A stretch of 64,000 nt of DNA from Spirochaetaceae bacterium (GTDB lineage Bacteria > Spirochaetota > Spirochaetia > DSM-2461). Of the stretch, positions 39,686-48,912 are shown one piece after another. How positions within the stretch are numbered: the first letter of the stretch is position 1; every line of letters begins with the position of its first letter. The translations under genes and the position numbers were made by a program. Below the pieces are notes generated by a model. That model was not told the origin of the DNA. It saw nothing but the letters and a program-made list of their open reading frames with translations, and made no database searches. The stretch covers positions 590,977 through 654,976 of the forward strand of contig JAOPTT010000006.1 of NCBI GenBank assembly GCA_051531975.1, in the 5' to 3' direction.

Positions 39686-40132
39686 TTAAATTGGCTTATA
39701 TGGCCATACTTCATCTTTGGATAGAGTAGCCAACTTGTTATCTGCAAAACTAAAATATCCATCATCTTCTACAATTAAATGATCTAAAACTTCTATCTCT
39801 AATTGACTACCCTTCATTACCATATCTTCAATAATTTGAATGTCTTCAGCTGTTGGTATAGTCATTTCTGGATTACGGCTTTGTGCTGTAACGATAGTTT
39901 TACTACTAGATTTTTGTGCAAGTTTAAATATTTTTTGTGTTAGTTCCGGGTAGAACTTTTTAAAATCAAGAATGTGTATTTTTATTAAATAACAAGAGGC
40001 ATCTAATAGTATGACAAAGATTTTATCTTTATGAAGATTGATACACTCAGTAACTAAATCAAAAACTTCCCGTGAATGACCAATTCTTAAATCTTCTTTA
40101 ATCCGGCGCTCCATTATTATTTGATATTTCAT
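39686..40132 (-). CDS. RadC-like paralog, degenerate metal site
   Basis: Same MKYQII start as 39612, PTAED and LDHLIV...YFSF kept; HxH replaced by QSR. Confidence 0.8.
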   Translation of the reverse strand: MKYQIIMERRIKEDLRIGHSREVFDLVTECINLHKDKIFVILLDASCYLIKIHILDFKKFYPELTQKIFKLAQKSSSKTIVTAQSRNPEMTIPTAEDIQIIEDMVMKGSQLEIEVLDHLIVEDDGYFSFADNKLATLSKDEVWPYKPI

Positions 40133-40210
40133 TTAACCTTCTCCTTCTGGTTATAAATAAAATAGGCAGACCGGATGGCCTGCCTATTTTATTTATGCTT
40201 TTGTTCTTGT

Positions 40211-40657
40211 TTAAACTTCCCTGTATGACCAATCATCGTATTTAGCCATACCTGCAAGTTTGCTTTCTGCATAGCTAAAATATTTATCTTTTGATATGAA
40301 TAAATGATCTAAAACCTTAATATTTATTAAAACACCAGCTTTAACAAATGATTCAATAACTTCTATATTGCCACTATGAATATTCATACTTTTATACTTA
40401 CGACTATTGGCAGTTATGATATATTTACAGTTATCTAAAATTGCTAATCTGCATATTTTGGGTACTAGTTCCGGGTTATCTTTTTTTACGTCTAAGATGT
40501 GTAGCTTTTGGATAAAACAGTCTTTATCTAGGATCAAAACAAACAGATTCTTTTTCTCAGTATCTATAAAGCTCCTTATTACTTTTAAGACATCCTTAAC
40601 ATGATTGATCTGGATACTGGGATAACTCTCACTATCAATAATTACTGGGTAGTTCAT
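40211..40657 (-). CDS. RadC-like paralog, degenerate metal site
   Basis: LFVLILD, LDHLFIS...YFSY kept; HxH replaced by NSR. Confidence 0.78.
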   Translation of the reverse strand: MNYPVIIDSESYPSIQINHVKDVLKVIRSFIDTEKKNLFVLILDKDCFIQKLHILDVKKDNPELVPKICRLAILDNCKYIITANSRKYKSMNIHSGNIEVIESFVKAGVLINIKVLDHLFISKDKYFSYAESKLAGMAKYDDWSYREV

Positions 40658-40683
40658 TGTTACCCTCCTTACTAGATTTTAAT

Positions 40684-41094
40684 TTATTCTTCTTGTACAC
40701 CTTGATAGACTTCAGTGTACTTTCCATCTTCGTAATGCAAGATATTCCACAGCATCGTAGCTATGTTGCTACTAAGAATCTCTTGGATTGCTTTGTTATA
40801 ACCCAAATCCAGTCTCTGACTTTTGGGTTTAATGTTGTAAGCAACTGATATATAAGCTGCTTCATCAAGAATAGAAATTATTGATAAACGACTTAGTACA
40901 GACTCAAAACTTTTTAGACCTTTTATTGGGAATAAATGTAAGTTGTATAGTTGGAACTGATCATTCATTGTTGCTAAGAACAGCGTGTCTATTTCTCGGA
41001 TTATTAGACTGTTGATAATCTTATCGAAATAGTATGAGCTATATAATTTACTATCTATTTTTGGTTGTAGATGGTTTATGATTCTAAATCCCAT
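40684..41094 (-). CDS. Highly diverged RadC-like paralog
   Basis: LFLATMN...SILDEAAYISVAYN aligns with FIVATLD...AILDNAASVILVHN. Confidence 0.55.
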   Translation of the reverse strand: MGFRIINHLQPKIDSKLYSSYYFDKIINSLIIREIDTLFLATMNDQFQLYNLHLFPIKGLKSFESVLSRLSIISILDEAAYISVAYNIKPKSQRLDLGYNKAIQEILSSNIATMLWNILHYEDGKYTEVYQGVQEE

Positions 41095-41212
41095 AGATCC
41101 TCCTTCTAGGTTATAAATAGAAAGAGCAGGCGGTTAAGCCTGCTCAAGATACTCTTCCGGTCTTCTATCCGGTTAGGCCATACGGCCTCAATTTTCCTAC
41201 AGATTGAACTTA

Positions 41213-41302
41213 CTATCTGATAATAATTTTAATAATATCGATAATAATATCTGGTACTGAATTCCCTGAGTCATCTGGTTTTGAAATAATCCATCTTCTC
41301 AT
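41213..41302 (-). CDS. 29-aa Ile-rich peptide
   Basis: TAAGGAGG RBS; MRRWIISKPDDSGNSVPDIIIDIIKIIIR*; below the ORF-track cutoff. Confidence 0.6.
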   Translation of the reverse strand: MRRWIISKPDDSGNSVPDIIIDIIKIIIR

Positions 41303-41456
41303 TTAAGGTTCCTCCTTATTATGGGATCACCTAAATAATATATAAGATGAAGTGGGACTGATGCGATTTTAGAGTAGAGGTTTGTAACATAGATAATTAG
41401 CTGGATGTTATATCCCTACTATCTGTGAAGCCTATTGAGATATTTTTGGTGAAATA

Positions 41457-41822
41457 CTATTCTAAATAGCTATCCTGTCTTTTCATTAATACATACTGCT
41501 TTTGTATTGCGATCTTTTCATTTACAGTTAAGCGAGACCATTTCTCCTTGTATGTCTTAGGATTATTTATAATCTTATTTACGGCACTTCTTCCATACAT
41601 AGGAGATCTACCATTGAAAAAAGCAGGTATTCCAAAGTCAGGAAGTTGCCATTTTATCAACGAGCCTTGAGAGGCATAACCCCATTTAGAAGCTATCTTA
41701 CTTTTATTTAAAAACTCAGGTGCTATTGTGTATCTACGATGTTCTTCTAACTCATTTCTTATCTCTAGTTTTAGTTCGCTAAGAAACTTTTTTAAATAGT
41801 CTGGGATCTTGTCATTTTCCAT
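41457..41822 (-). CDS. Hypothetical protein, possibly DNA-binding (Xis/AlpA-like)
   Basis: GAGG RBS; EFLNKSKIASKWG...W-x-LP weakly HTH-like. Confidence 0.55.
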   Translation of the reverse strand: MENDKIPDYLKKFLSELKLEIRNELEEHRRYTIAPEFLNKSKIASKWGYASQGSLIKWQLPDFGIPAFFNGRSPMYGRSAVNKIINNPKTYKEKWSRLTVNEKIAIQKQYVLMKRQDSYLE

Positions 41823-41929
41823 ATGTACCTCTCGGATTCATTTATTATGATTGCTATTATATCGTATCAATAACCTCTTTCACTTATATATTATTTACCT
41901 GAATACATTGCGTATTAAGGAGAACAAAA

Positions 41930-42292
41930 ATGAATAGTTTAAACTCGATTTTATTAGAAGGTACTCTAATAGAAGATCCTGATGAATCAAGCACAGATAA
42001 TGATGCTATGGTATGCTCATTTTCAATTATGGCCAATAGATCCTATAAGAAGGAAAAAGATCTAATTCAAGAAGAATCATACTTCCCAATAGAAGTATAT
42101 TCTAATATCGCTGAAGCGTGTCTTAAACATTTACACAAAGGTAGAGGTGTCAGAGTTGTTGGAAGACTGAAACAGGACAGATGGTTGGATGAAAATGAAA
42201 ACCAACTCTCCCAAATAAAGATTATCGCTGAACATGTGGAATTTAAGCCTATTGTGGTTCCGGGAGATCAGGTTTTGGATAAGGCTGTTTAA
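41930..42292 (+). CDS. ssb: Single-stranded DNA-binding protein, short form without acidic tail
   Basis: NSILLEG-x-L-x-x-DP...FSI-x-x-NR...KGRGVRVVGRLKQDRW...IIAEHVEF. Confidence 0.92.
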   Translation: MNSLNSILLEGTLIEDPDESSTDNDAMVCSFSIMANRSYKKEKDLIQEESYFPIEVYSNIAEACLKHLHKGRGVRVVGRLKQDRWLDENENQLSQIKIIAEHVEFKPIVVPGDQVLDKAV

Positions 42293-42571
42293 TCAGTTTG
42301 ATTCATTGCGTATTATGGTTCACTGCGAAGAGGTGGATCATTTTTTTTAGTTTTGGATTGTTTCTACTAGTAAGAGATTAAAAACGTATTTCCTATAATG
42401 AGAATCATATCGACTTTTAATTTTTGCTTTCTCCAAAAAAGCAAACTCTTTTCCATTTAGAAACTTCATATATATAAATATTCCTAAACGCTACTAACAT
42501 GTCCATATTACTTTTTTTTAAGAAACTCAAATATCTATGAACTTATCAAAGTTTTATTTGAACTTAAAATC

Positions 42572-42600
42572 TTGACAACTGAAATCATATATCTTATATT
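42572..42600 (+). promoter_or_regulatory. sigma70-type promoter
   Basis: TTGACA-17 nt-TATATT. Confidence 0.75.
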
Positions 42601-42607
42601 TTAATTA

Positions 42608-42700
42608 TTGGATGAGAAGCTTGCTATTTAATAATAGCGTCCCTATTTCGTGCGATACGAAAGACCCCACGTCCAAATATAAATCTAAAGGGGGTCAGGA
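42608..42700 (+). ncRNA. Candidate structured 5' leader RNA
   Basis: Closing stem TTGGATG/CGTCCAA, hairpins GCTATT/AATAGC and TTTCGT/ACGAAA, and GACCCC/GGGGTC pairing over the SD-like region. Confidence 0.45.
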
Positions 42701-42726
42701 TTCCATGAGAAAACTCAGGAAACCTT

Positions 42727-44466
42727 TTGACTATGATATTAATTAATCCAGAAAATTCTTACAGTAACAACATTGCAGGAAAAGTAGGTCCTGTAATTAA
42801 TAAAAGTTATCTTTCAACTGATGTATGTAATTGGTTAACAAATCTTTTATCATCATTTTATGAAGACAATCTCGATGAAGCTATGATTATTGCTAATTTT
42901 AACAACATTCTTGGTGGAGATAATACTATACCAGAAAATTATAAATTATTCCTATTGTTTTGTGCAGTTAAGGGACTGATAAAATCTCCCAATCATCCTT
43001 TTTCTGAAAATGAACATTTGGCTAACAACATCTTCCAATATTTGAATGAATCATACAATACTGATTTCAACTCATTTGCATACACCCTCATTATTGAGGA
43101 AAGAAAAAGAAAAAATGAAAATCGTCTACCTATTTTTATCAATTCCTTGAACATTGCAATCTATCTTTATAGTCAAAAACTAATTGATTATAGAAATTTT
43201 ATCAAATTAGAGAACATCTCAAATACATTCTATAAATTATGTAGTCACAGGAACTACTGGACTTTTGAGGATTTTACAATTGATACAGATATATATGACC
43301 AGTTACTAGATTGGGGATTTTGGTTACGTGTACTTAGAGAAGTTTTACCAGAAGATGAATTTAATAGAGTCTATGATGTAGTTGATTTGACTTTCCTAAA
43401 TAATTACCTGATAAATGAACAGGGGAACACTCTTTTCCATTATACTGAAGCTTACATATCAAATGTTTTGAATGTTGCTGACTACCAGGTAGATAGACAT
43501 TTAATTGATCCTGAATATATATGGTTATTCAAGAAGCAAATTAAGTATTTTAATATTTTACATGACCAGTTTAATAGAATTAAATTTAATAATGATAACC
43601 TAAGGGTTTTACTAAAAGTTTCTCATATTGCATATAGAAGCAACCCACAACAACTTCCAGAAGAAATTAAAAAAGAACTACTATTTCAAAGTAAAAAAAA
43701 TATTGGTAATTATCGGTCTATGTTAAAAGATGCGAATACAACAGCAGTAAGTTATAAAACGAACATGGATACAGTTAATGAAGCTATAAATTTCATCGCA
43801 TATTTTGAATCTCCTTCAAAGGCAGTTATCCAACTAATTCAACTTCTACGCAATTTTGAAGGTATTTCTATAAATGATGACTTAACTTTTGAATATATCA
43901 AACAGTTTGACATGCCTTTCGCCATGCCCTTTAATTCCCAACAATTTTATGATCAAGAACCACCACAAAATAACAATTGGATTATTAGTAAAATAGAATG
44001 GATAATTACTACCTTTTTTGAGTTCAATGATTCCGATATAGATCAAGCAAGAAAAGAGTTAACAAAATTTTTCGGTAGCAGGCTAAAAACAAATAAAAAA
44101 ACAAAATCTCCAAGGGACAAAGACTTTATTGAGCCTGATTCAATATGGAGAGTAGTATATGTTTGCTGTATAAGAGCACTTCACTGTAATCCTGGAGGAA
44201 AATTCCATCAGATTCTATACTTTTCCTGTAATCATGATTCTAGTGAAGATGTAAGAACTGAGGCAAGTAAGGCTTATAAAGAAATTAGACATAATAATCC
44301 TCTACCATCAGATATGGAACGAGTATTAACACTTAGAAGAGTTTTCTGGTATCTAAGACAAGCATATAATGTTTCTTTATTAGGAATCGATAAACTTGAT
44401 ACCAGAGGTGCACAACGTACCTACTCAAAGGAGGTAGAACGATGTAAAGCACGGATGAAGAAATAA
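42727..44466 (+). CDS. 579-aa helical protein of unknown function
   Basis: Long ORF; motif-rich C-terminus (EP-x-x-x-WR, H...D-x-x-x-x-VR-x-x-A, LRQA, GA-x-RT). Start may be ATG 42733. Confidence 0.8.
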   Translation: MTMILINPENSYSNNIAGKVGPVINKSYLSTDVCNWLTNLLSSFYEDNLDEAMIIANFNNILGGDNTIPENYKLFLLFCAVKGLIKSPNHPFSENEHLANNIFQYLNESYNTDFNSFAYTLIIEERKRKNENRLPIFINSLNIAIYLYSQKLIDYRNFIKLENISNTFYKLCSHRNYWTFEDFTIDTDIYDQLLDWGFWLRVLREVLPEDEFNRVYDVVDLTFLNNYLINEQGNTLFHYTEAYISNVLNVADYQVDRHLIDPEYIWLFKKQIKYFNILHDQFNRIKFNNDNLRVLLKVSHIAYRSNPQQLPEEIKKELLFQSKKNIGNYRSMLKDANTTAVSYKTNMDTVNEAINFIAYFESPSKAVIQLIQLLRNFEGISINDDLTFEYIKQFDMPFAMPFNSQQFYDQEPPQNNNWIISKIEWIITTFFEFNDSDIDQARKELTKFFGSRLKTNKKTKSPRDKDFIEPDSIWRVVYVCCIRALHCNPGGKFHQILYFSCNHDSSEDVRTEASKAYKEIRHNNPLPSDMERVLTLRRVFWYLRQAYNVSLLGIDKLDTRGAQRTYSKEVERCKARMKK

Positions 44467-44543
44467 GCATTAACAATGGCTTGAGAATCCAATATTCTCC
44501 AACCTCTTTCTGAGGGCCATAGAAACAAACCTATAGAAAACCA

Positions 44544-44840
44544 ATGAAATTAGGAGCGTTTGTTATGTTTGGAAATAACACAACTCACAAAATACATATC
44601 ACTTATACAAATCACGCAAAAGAAAGAATAGTTCAGAGAGGAATTTCATCTCAAGCTATTGAATTAACAAGAAAGTACGGTACAGAAACAATGACAGATA
44701 TATCAAAAATAGTCACTGTTGATTATGGAGCCTGCTCTATTGCAGAAGAAGATGGAATTGATTTATACCCATATTTTTCAACGACAATTGTAGTCTCAAT
44801 GGATAATGTTCTTAAGACTGCATATTACCATAATATATAA
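44544..44840 (+). CDS. DUF4258-like small protein (putative RelE/BrnT-fold RNase)
   Basis: T-x-HA-x-ER-x-x-QRGIS...IVVS-x-D-x-x-LKTAY; start probably M8 after AGGAG. Confidence 0.7.
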   Translation: MKLGAFVMFGNNTTHKIHITYTNHAKERIVQRGISSQAIELTRKYGTETMTDISKIVTVDYGACSIAEEDGIDLYPYFSTTIVVSMDNVLKTAYYHNI

Positions 44841-44850
44841 GATCTTTATT

Positions 44851-44882
44851 TGGTGGAGAGTGCTTCACTCCCACCATTTTTT
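44851..44882 (+). terminator. Intrinsic terminator
   Basis: TGGTGGAGAGTG / CACTCCCACCA hairpin plus T-run. Confidence 0.75.
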
Positions 44883-44982
44883 ATCATGCTTTATTAGAAC
44901 TTCTCACCCCACACCACAAATTATAAATTAAAATTGAATTTATATTAATCCTTTCTCTATAAAAGATGTAAGGAGAACAAAA

Positions 44983-45225
44983 ATGACAGAGAAAGAATTA
45001 TTATTTGAATTACAGTGTTATAAGATGGCTTTTAATCCCGGTTGTGATATCCATAATCAATCCATTAAAGAACTTGCGGAGTTTATTACGCTACAGGCTG
45101 AGATAAGAACATCAGATAGTACAATAGAATTTAAGACGGCACCTGTTTTGGAATTCTTTGATGACATAATTATAGATGATATGAGAGAAAATATTCTAAG
45201 GATGAATGAAATTATTACTACATGA
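44983..45225 (+). CDS. Hypothetical protein, paralog of 50160-50411
   Basis: MTEKEL-x-x-EL-x-x-YK-x-x-x-NP-x-CDI shared; AAGGAG RBS. Confidence 0.75.
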   Translation: MTEKELLFELQCYKMAFNPGCDIHNQSIKELAEFITLQAEIRTSDSTIEFKTAPVLEFFDDIIIDDMRENILRMNEIITT

Positions 45226-45483
45226 GGTATTCTGAGAGGATCTTGGATATTTTAATGTATCTATATTATGCCAGTAAGACTGTTTATATCAATGTGGCCT
45301 TTGCTCGTAAAGATAATCAAAGACAGCTAAGATGAAAGCTATTCTTAGCCTAGGAAATACGGCTGATCCTGTGTTTGTCTTTTTTCTTAATGTACCTCCA
45401 TTTTTCATGGAGTATAAATCAGATTTGGAATTCTACAAGGTGGAGTTAATTACCGCTTACCTAGTAATAAATATATTTATAAA

Positions 45484-48174
45484 TTATTCAAAATAATTTT
45501 CGTTAAGAATATCATTTATTTCATCTATAAAAGGAAAGTCAGACGAAGAGAACTCATTTATAAATGATTTTAATTGTTGTGTTAGTATTTCAATTATTTT
45601 ATTTTCACTTTTGATTAATAACAAAGATCTAGCGAATGCCAACGTAAACAAAAAACGTGAAAAAGTTTTCCTACATTCATAATGATGATAAAATATGTCC
45701 TCTATTGAGTTATAGTATTCATTTGAAAATTCAATACAATTCATATAAGATTTAGTGACATATAACCAACTTATTGCTGTTAGATATTTCTTACTTCTTT
45801 TATCAGAAGAGTAATAGACTTCCTTATTATTAAAAATAGTAAAAGCTTTTTTCATCTCCTTCTGATCATTATCAGATAAAGATTTAAATAAAGAATATTC
45901 ACCTTTTAGTTGATAATATTCAGTATCAATCATTGACTCACCTATTAAATACTCCCTTGAATTATATATTTCTTCAATATTGTTAAGTATTGACTTAGCG
46001 TCACGAAAATTATTTTTCCATATTTGGATTCGACATAGTGATTGTAAAGGCATTAAATAATAGCGATCATTATTTCGTTTTAATTCATTATAAATTATTA
46101 ATGATTTTTTTATATGCTTTTCTGCTAACTCCAATTTACCAATTTCTACATAATGATAACCTAGATTATTATGGTATCTTGCAATAGAAAATAAATCATT
46201 GCTAATTATTGCACTATTTAGAGCTTTCGTCTTATAGAGTTCTGCCTCAGAATATTTAGCTAATGATCCAAGACTACCCCCAATATTATCTGAAATATTC
46301 ATTGAAACCCTATAATATTGGTCATTCCGTTTATTCTTATTTACTTTATTAAGAATTCTATAAGCATCTTTTTTTAATTTTAAAGCAGCTTCATGTCCTT
46401 TTAATAAACCAATAGTATAGGCGTATCTGGAAATATACGACGCTTTTAAAGGATCAGAGTCTTTCATATGTTTTAGTACTAGTTTATACCCAATTTTTTT
46501 ATATTTTAAAGATACTTCATAGTTCTTTGCTGCTCCATAAACAGCTCCTAATTCATACAAAAATAAAATCTGATAAGTTATATAATCGTATTTCTCAGTA
46601 AGTCCAACAGCAAATTCAAACTTCATTATTATTGGTTCTATATTAGAAAAAGAGTCATAAGCAGCAGTTGAGTTTTCTATAATATAAATAATTTTATCCA
46701 CTAAATCAGGGTTTGAAATTAATTCTTTATTTATTATATCTTTATAATATTCTATAAAATACATAATATAGTTGTGATTTAATAAATAAATCTCGCTCTT
46801 AATCCACTGAGTTAATGATTCATAATTGATATCGTTAGAAATTCGTAGGTAGTCTAAAAATATTCTTTTTTTATCATTAAAAAATGTATTATCAAAAGCA
46901 GATAAAAAAATATTGTGACAGTTATACTCAGCATTGTCTCCTAATGTGTTTTGCTTAAGTATACCAATACGGATTAGGGAGTGTATAACTTCATCAATAT
47001 TGACTAGTAAATTAGTATGTTTTTTAATACATTTTAAGATCTCATATTTGATATTACCACCTGTAGTGAATAATATAATAACTAGTATAATATATCCATT
47101 ATTCAAAATATCAATATTTGATGAAATCTGTGTTATATGCATGACTAAGTCATGAATTGTTGTATATCCATCATTTTCTAGTGAAAATGATGGTGGTAAA
47201 CTTGGTAATGTAGCAAAACTATCATCAATGATAGTTTTTAATAAATCATTACCAGTTGTAATATAATATTCTTCTATTGTTTTTGAATAATAACTAATTA
47301 ACTTAGGATGAGAACCTAATTTATTTATCAATAAATCTAAATAATATTCATTGTTTAGTACTTTATGATATTCTAATGCATTTGAATAAAATAATTGTCT
47401 AGCCTCTAACTTTGAAATACTTTCAATACTATAATAATAAACATTATTATTAGGAACATTACCAAACCATTGTCTAGATGTTAAAATGACTTTCCATACA
47501 TCTCTATTTAGTCCCATGATTATGTCAGGGGGGAATTTAGAATTAGAACTAATATTATCTATAATAAGAAGATTTGGTCCAGGTGTTCTTGAGTTTAGAA
47601 AATCTAATATATCAGTTGTTGTTTCTAATCTATATGAAGAAAACCTACTAAGATACTGAGAAAGAGTAGTTAAAATATCTGTACCTTGTATATCAACATA
47701 TATACGATGTACAAAATACTCTTTTTTCCCATAATAAATTAGACCTGCTAATGTTGTTTTACCCCAACCCCCAATTCCTTGTAGGAATAGGATATGATAC
47801 TTATTAAATTTTTTAAAAAGCAGACTCACAATTTCTTTTCGTTGAAGCTCTGATAGGTTATTCCCAGAAATCGGACGCTCTCCTAATTCATTTATATTAT
47901 ATCCATATTTTTCTACACCAACTTTGAATCGCATTACGTTATCTCTAAGTTTTCCAACAGGAATAATTTTACTATCAAACCATGTCCTAATATAATTCCA
48001 GTCTTTAACATCAAAAATATCTATTAAAATTCTTCTCATGTTTCTTGGTGGATAAAAATCATCAGACTGAGATGGTTTATGTGTATCCGAATTACTATCA
48101 ATTTGGTTATAGTACCACAGGATAAAATCATGTATTATTTGAGAACTTCTATTTCTATTTTTAATTAACTTCAT
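45484..48174 (-). CDS. STAND (NB-ARC-like) NTPase with C-terminal TPRs
   Basis: GIGGWGKT, LLIIDN, ILTSR, LGSHP; TPR-like NIGGSLGSL and HNNLGYHY segments. Confidence 0.85.
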   Translation of the reverse strand: MKLIKNRNRSSQIIHDFILWYYNQIDSNSDTHKPSQSDDFYPPRNMRRILIDIFDVKDWNYIRTWFDSKIIPVGKLRDNVMRFKVGVEKYGYNINELGERPISGNNLSELQRKEIVSLLFKKFNKYHILFLQGIGGWGKTTLAGLIYYGKKEYFVHRIYVDIQGTDILTTLSQYLSRFSSYRLETTTDILDFLNSRTPGPNLLIIDNISSNSKFPPDIIMGLNRDVWKVILTSRQWFGNVPNNNVYYYSIESISKLEARQLFYSNALEYHKVLNNEYYLDLLINKLGSHPKLISYYSKTIEEYYITTGNDLLKTIIDDSFATLPSLPPSFSLENDGYTTIHDLVMHITQISSNIDILNNGYIILVIILFTTGGNIKYEILKCIKKHTNLLVNIDEVIHSLIRIGILKQNTLGDNAEYNCHNIFLSAFDNTFFNDKKRIFLDYLRISNDINYESLTQWIKSEIYLLNHNYIMYFIEYYKDIINKELISNPDLVDKIIYIIENSTAAYDSFSNIEPIIMKFEFAVGLTEKYDYITYQILFLYELGAVYGAAKNYEVSLKYKKIGYKLVLKHMKDSDPLKASYISRYAYTIGLLKGHEAALKLKKDAYRILNKVNKNKRNDQYYRVSMNISDNIGGSLGSLAKYSEAELYKTKALNSAIISNDLFSIARYHNNLGYHYVEIGKLELAEKHIKKSLIIYNELKRNNDRYYLMPLQSLCRIQIWKNNFRDAKSILNNIEEIYNSREYLIGESMIDTEYYQLKGEYSLFKSLSDNDQKEMKKAFTIFNNKEVYYSSDKRSKKYLTAISWLYVTKSYMNCIEFSNEYYNSIEDIFYHHYECRKTFSRFLFTLAFARSLLLIKSENKIIEILTQQLKSFINEFSSSDFPFIDEINDILNENYFE

Positions 48175-48294
48175 AATAGTATTATATACATTTATTTAAT
48201 ATTTACCAAAATCCCCAAAAAATCCCTAAAGTTGATACTTTACACCTATTAATATCGTTCATACAATAATTATATATTGTAGAAAATATTATAA

Positions 48295-48786
48295 ATGGAG
48301 ATTTTAATGAAAAAGATTAGTGTATTTTTTATGTTAGCAATTTTGCTCATATCGTGCAAAAATTCTACTGATGATGAAATGAATGGATTCCGTGAACTTG
48401 CAGATAACGAACAATTAATTACAGCAACTGCTGTAATATCTAAGTCAGATGTACCTCAAAACCTAGATATTTTAATCATAGCAACAGGAACAACATTCTC
48501 TTCAGTAGATAGCGGTTATACCTTAATGACCTATGAGGATATTCTAGAATTCCCAGGTACTGAATTGCAGCTGTATTATAGTTCTGTCTTCACTTATAGA
48601 GATTATTCTCGGGTGCTAGAGGCAGAAAGTGGAAATCTAATAGCTTCTCTCGGTCTGGTTAGGGTTATTGATGAGTTACCAACTCCAATATTTGGGTCTG
48701 ATCCTGGTGTAAAATATTCTGTGCAAATAAATGGAATAACTTTTAGTTGTATTGATGACGTGATTTGGACTGATGAAGGTCTATAA
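48295..48786 (+). CDS. Lipoprotein, unknown function
   Basis: MKK + hydrophobic stretch + LLISC lipobox. Confidence 0.75.
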   Translation: MEILMKKISVFFMLAILLISCKNSTDDEMNGFRELADNEQLITATAVISKSDVPQNLDILIIATGTTFSSVDSGYTLMTYEDILEFPGTELQLYYSSVFTYRDYSRVLEAESGNLIASLGLVRVIDELPTPIFGSDPGVKYSVQINGITFSCIDDVIWTDEGL

Positions 48787-48912
48787 AGTTAGCCTGATAG
48801 ATGACATCACGGCATCTGTCTTTAATTTTATTCGTATCATTGCAATGTATTATCTACTTTTTACAACTAGACTAGGATTTATCGACAATTAATTACAGTA
48901 AAGGAAAGAATT

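Larger units (their letters stand above)
39613..41155 (-). repeat. Three copies of a hairpin leader (39613-39690, 40133-40215, 41095-41155)
   Basis: Minus strand: GCAGG-loop-(C/T)CTGC hairpin, T-rich tract, TATTTATAA, GGAG RBS, ATG. Confidence 0.8.

Noticed and set aside
42608..42700. Hammerhead ribozyme or known riboswitch
   Set aside because: No CUGANGA core and no aptamer consensus that I recognise; kept only as an unassigned structure.
42720..42732. prfB-type programmed frameshift (CTTTTGAC)
   Set aside because: The TGA is in neither the uORF frame nor the main frame, so the RF2 mechanism does not apply.
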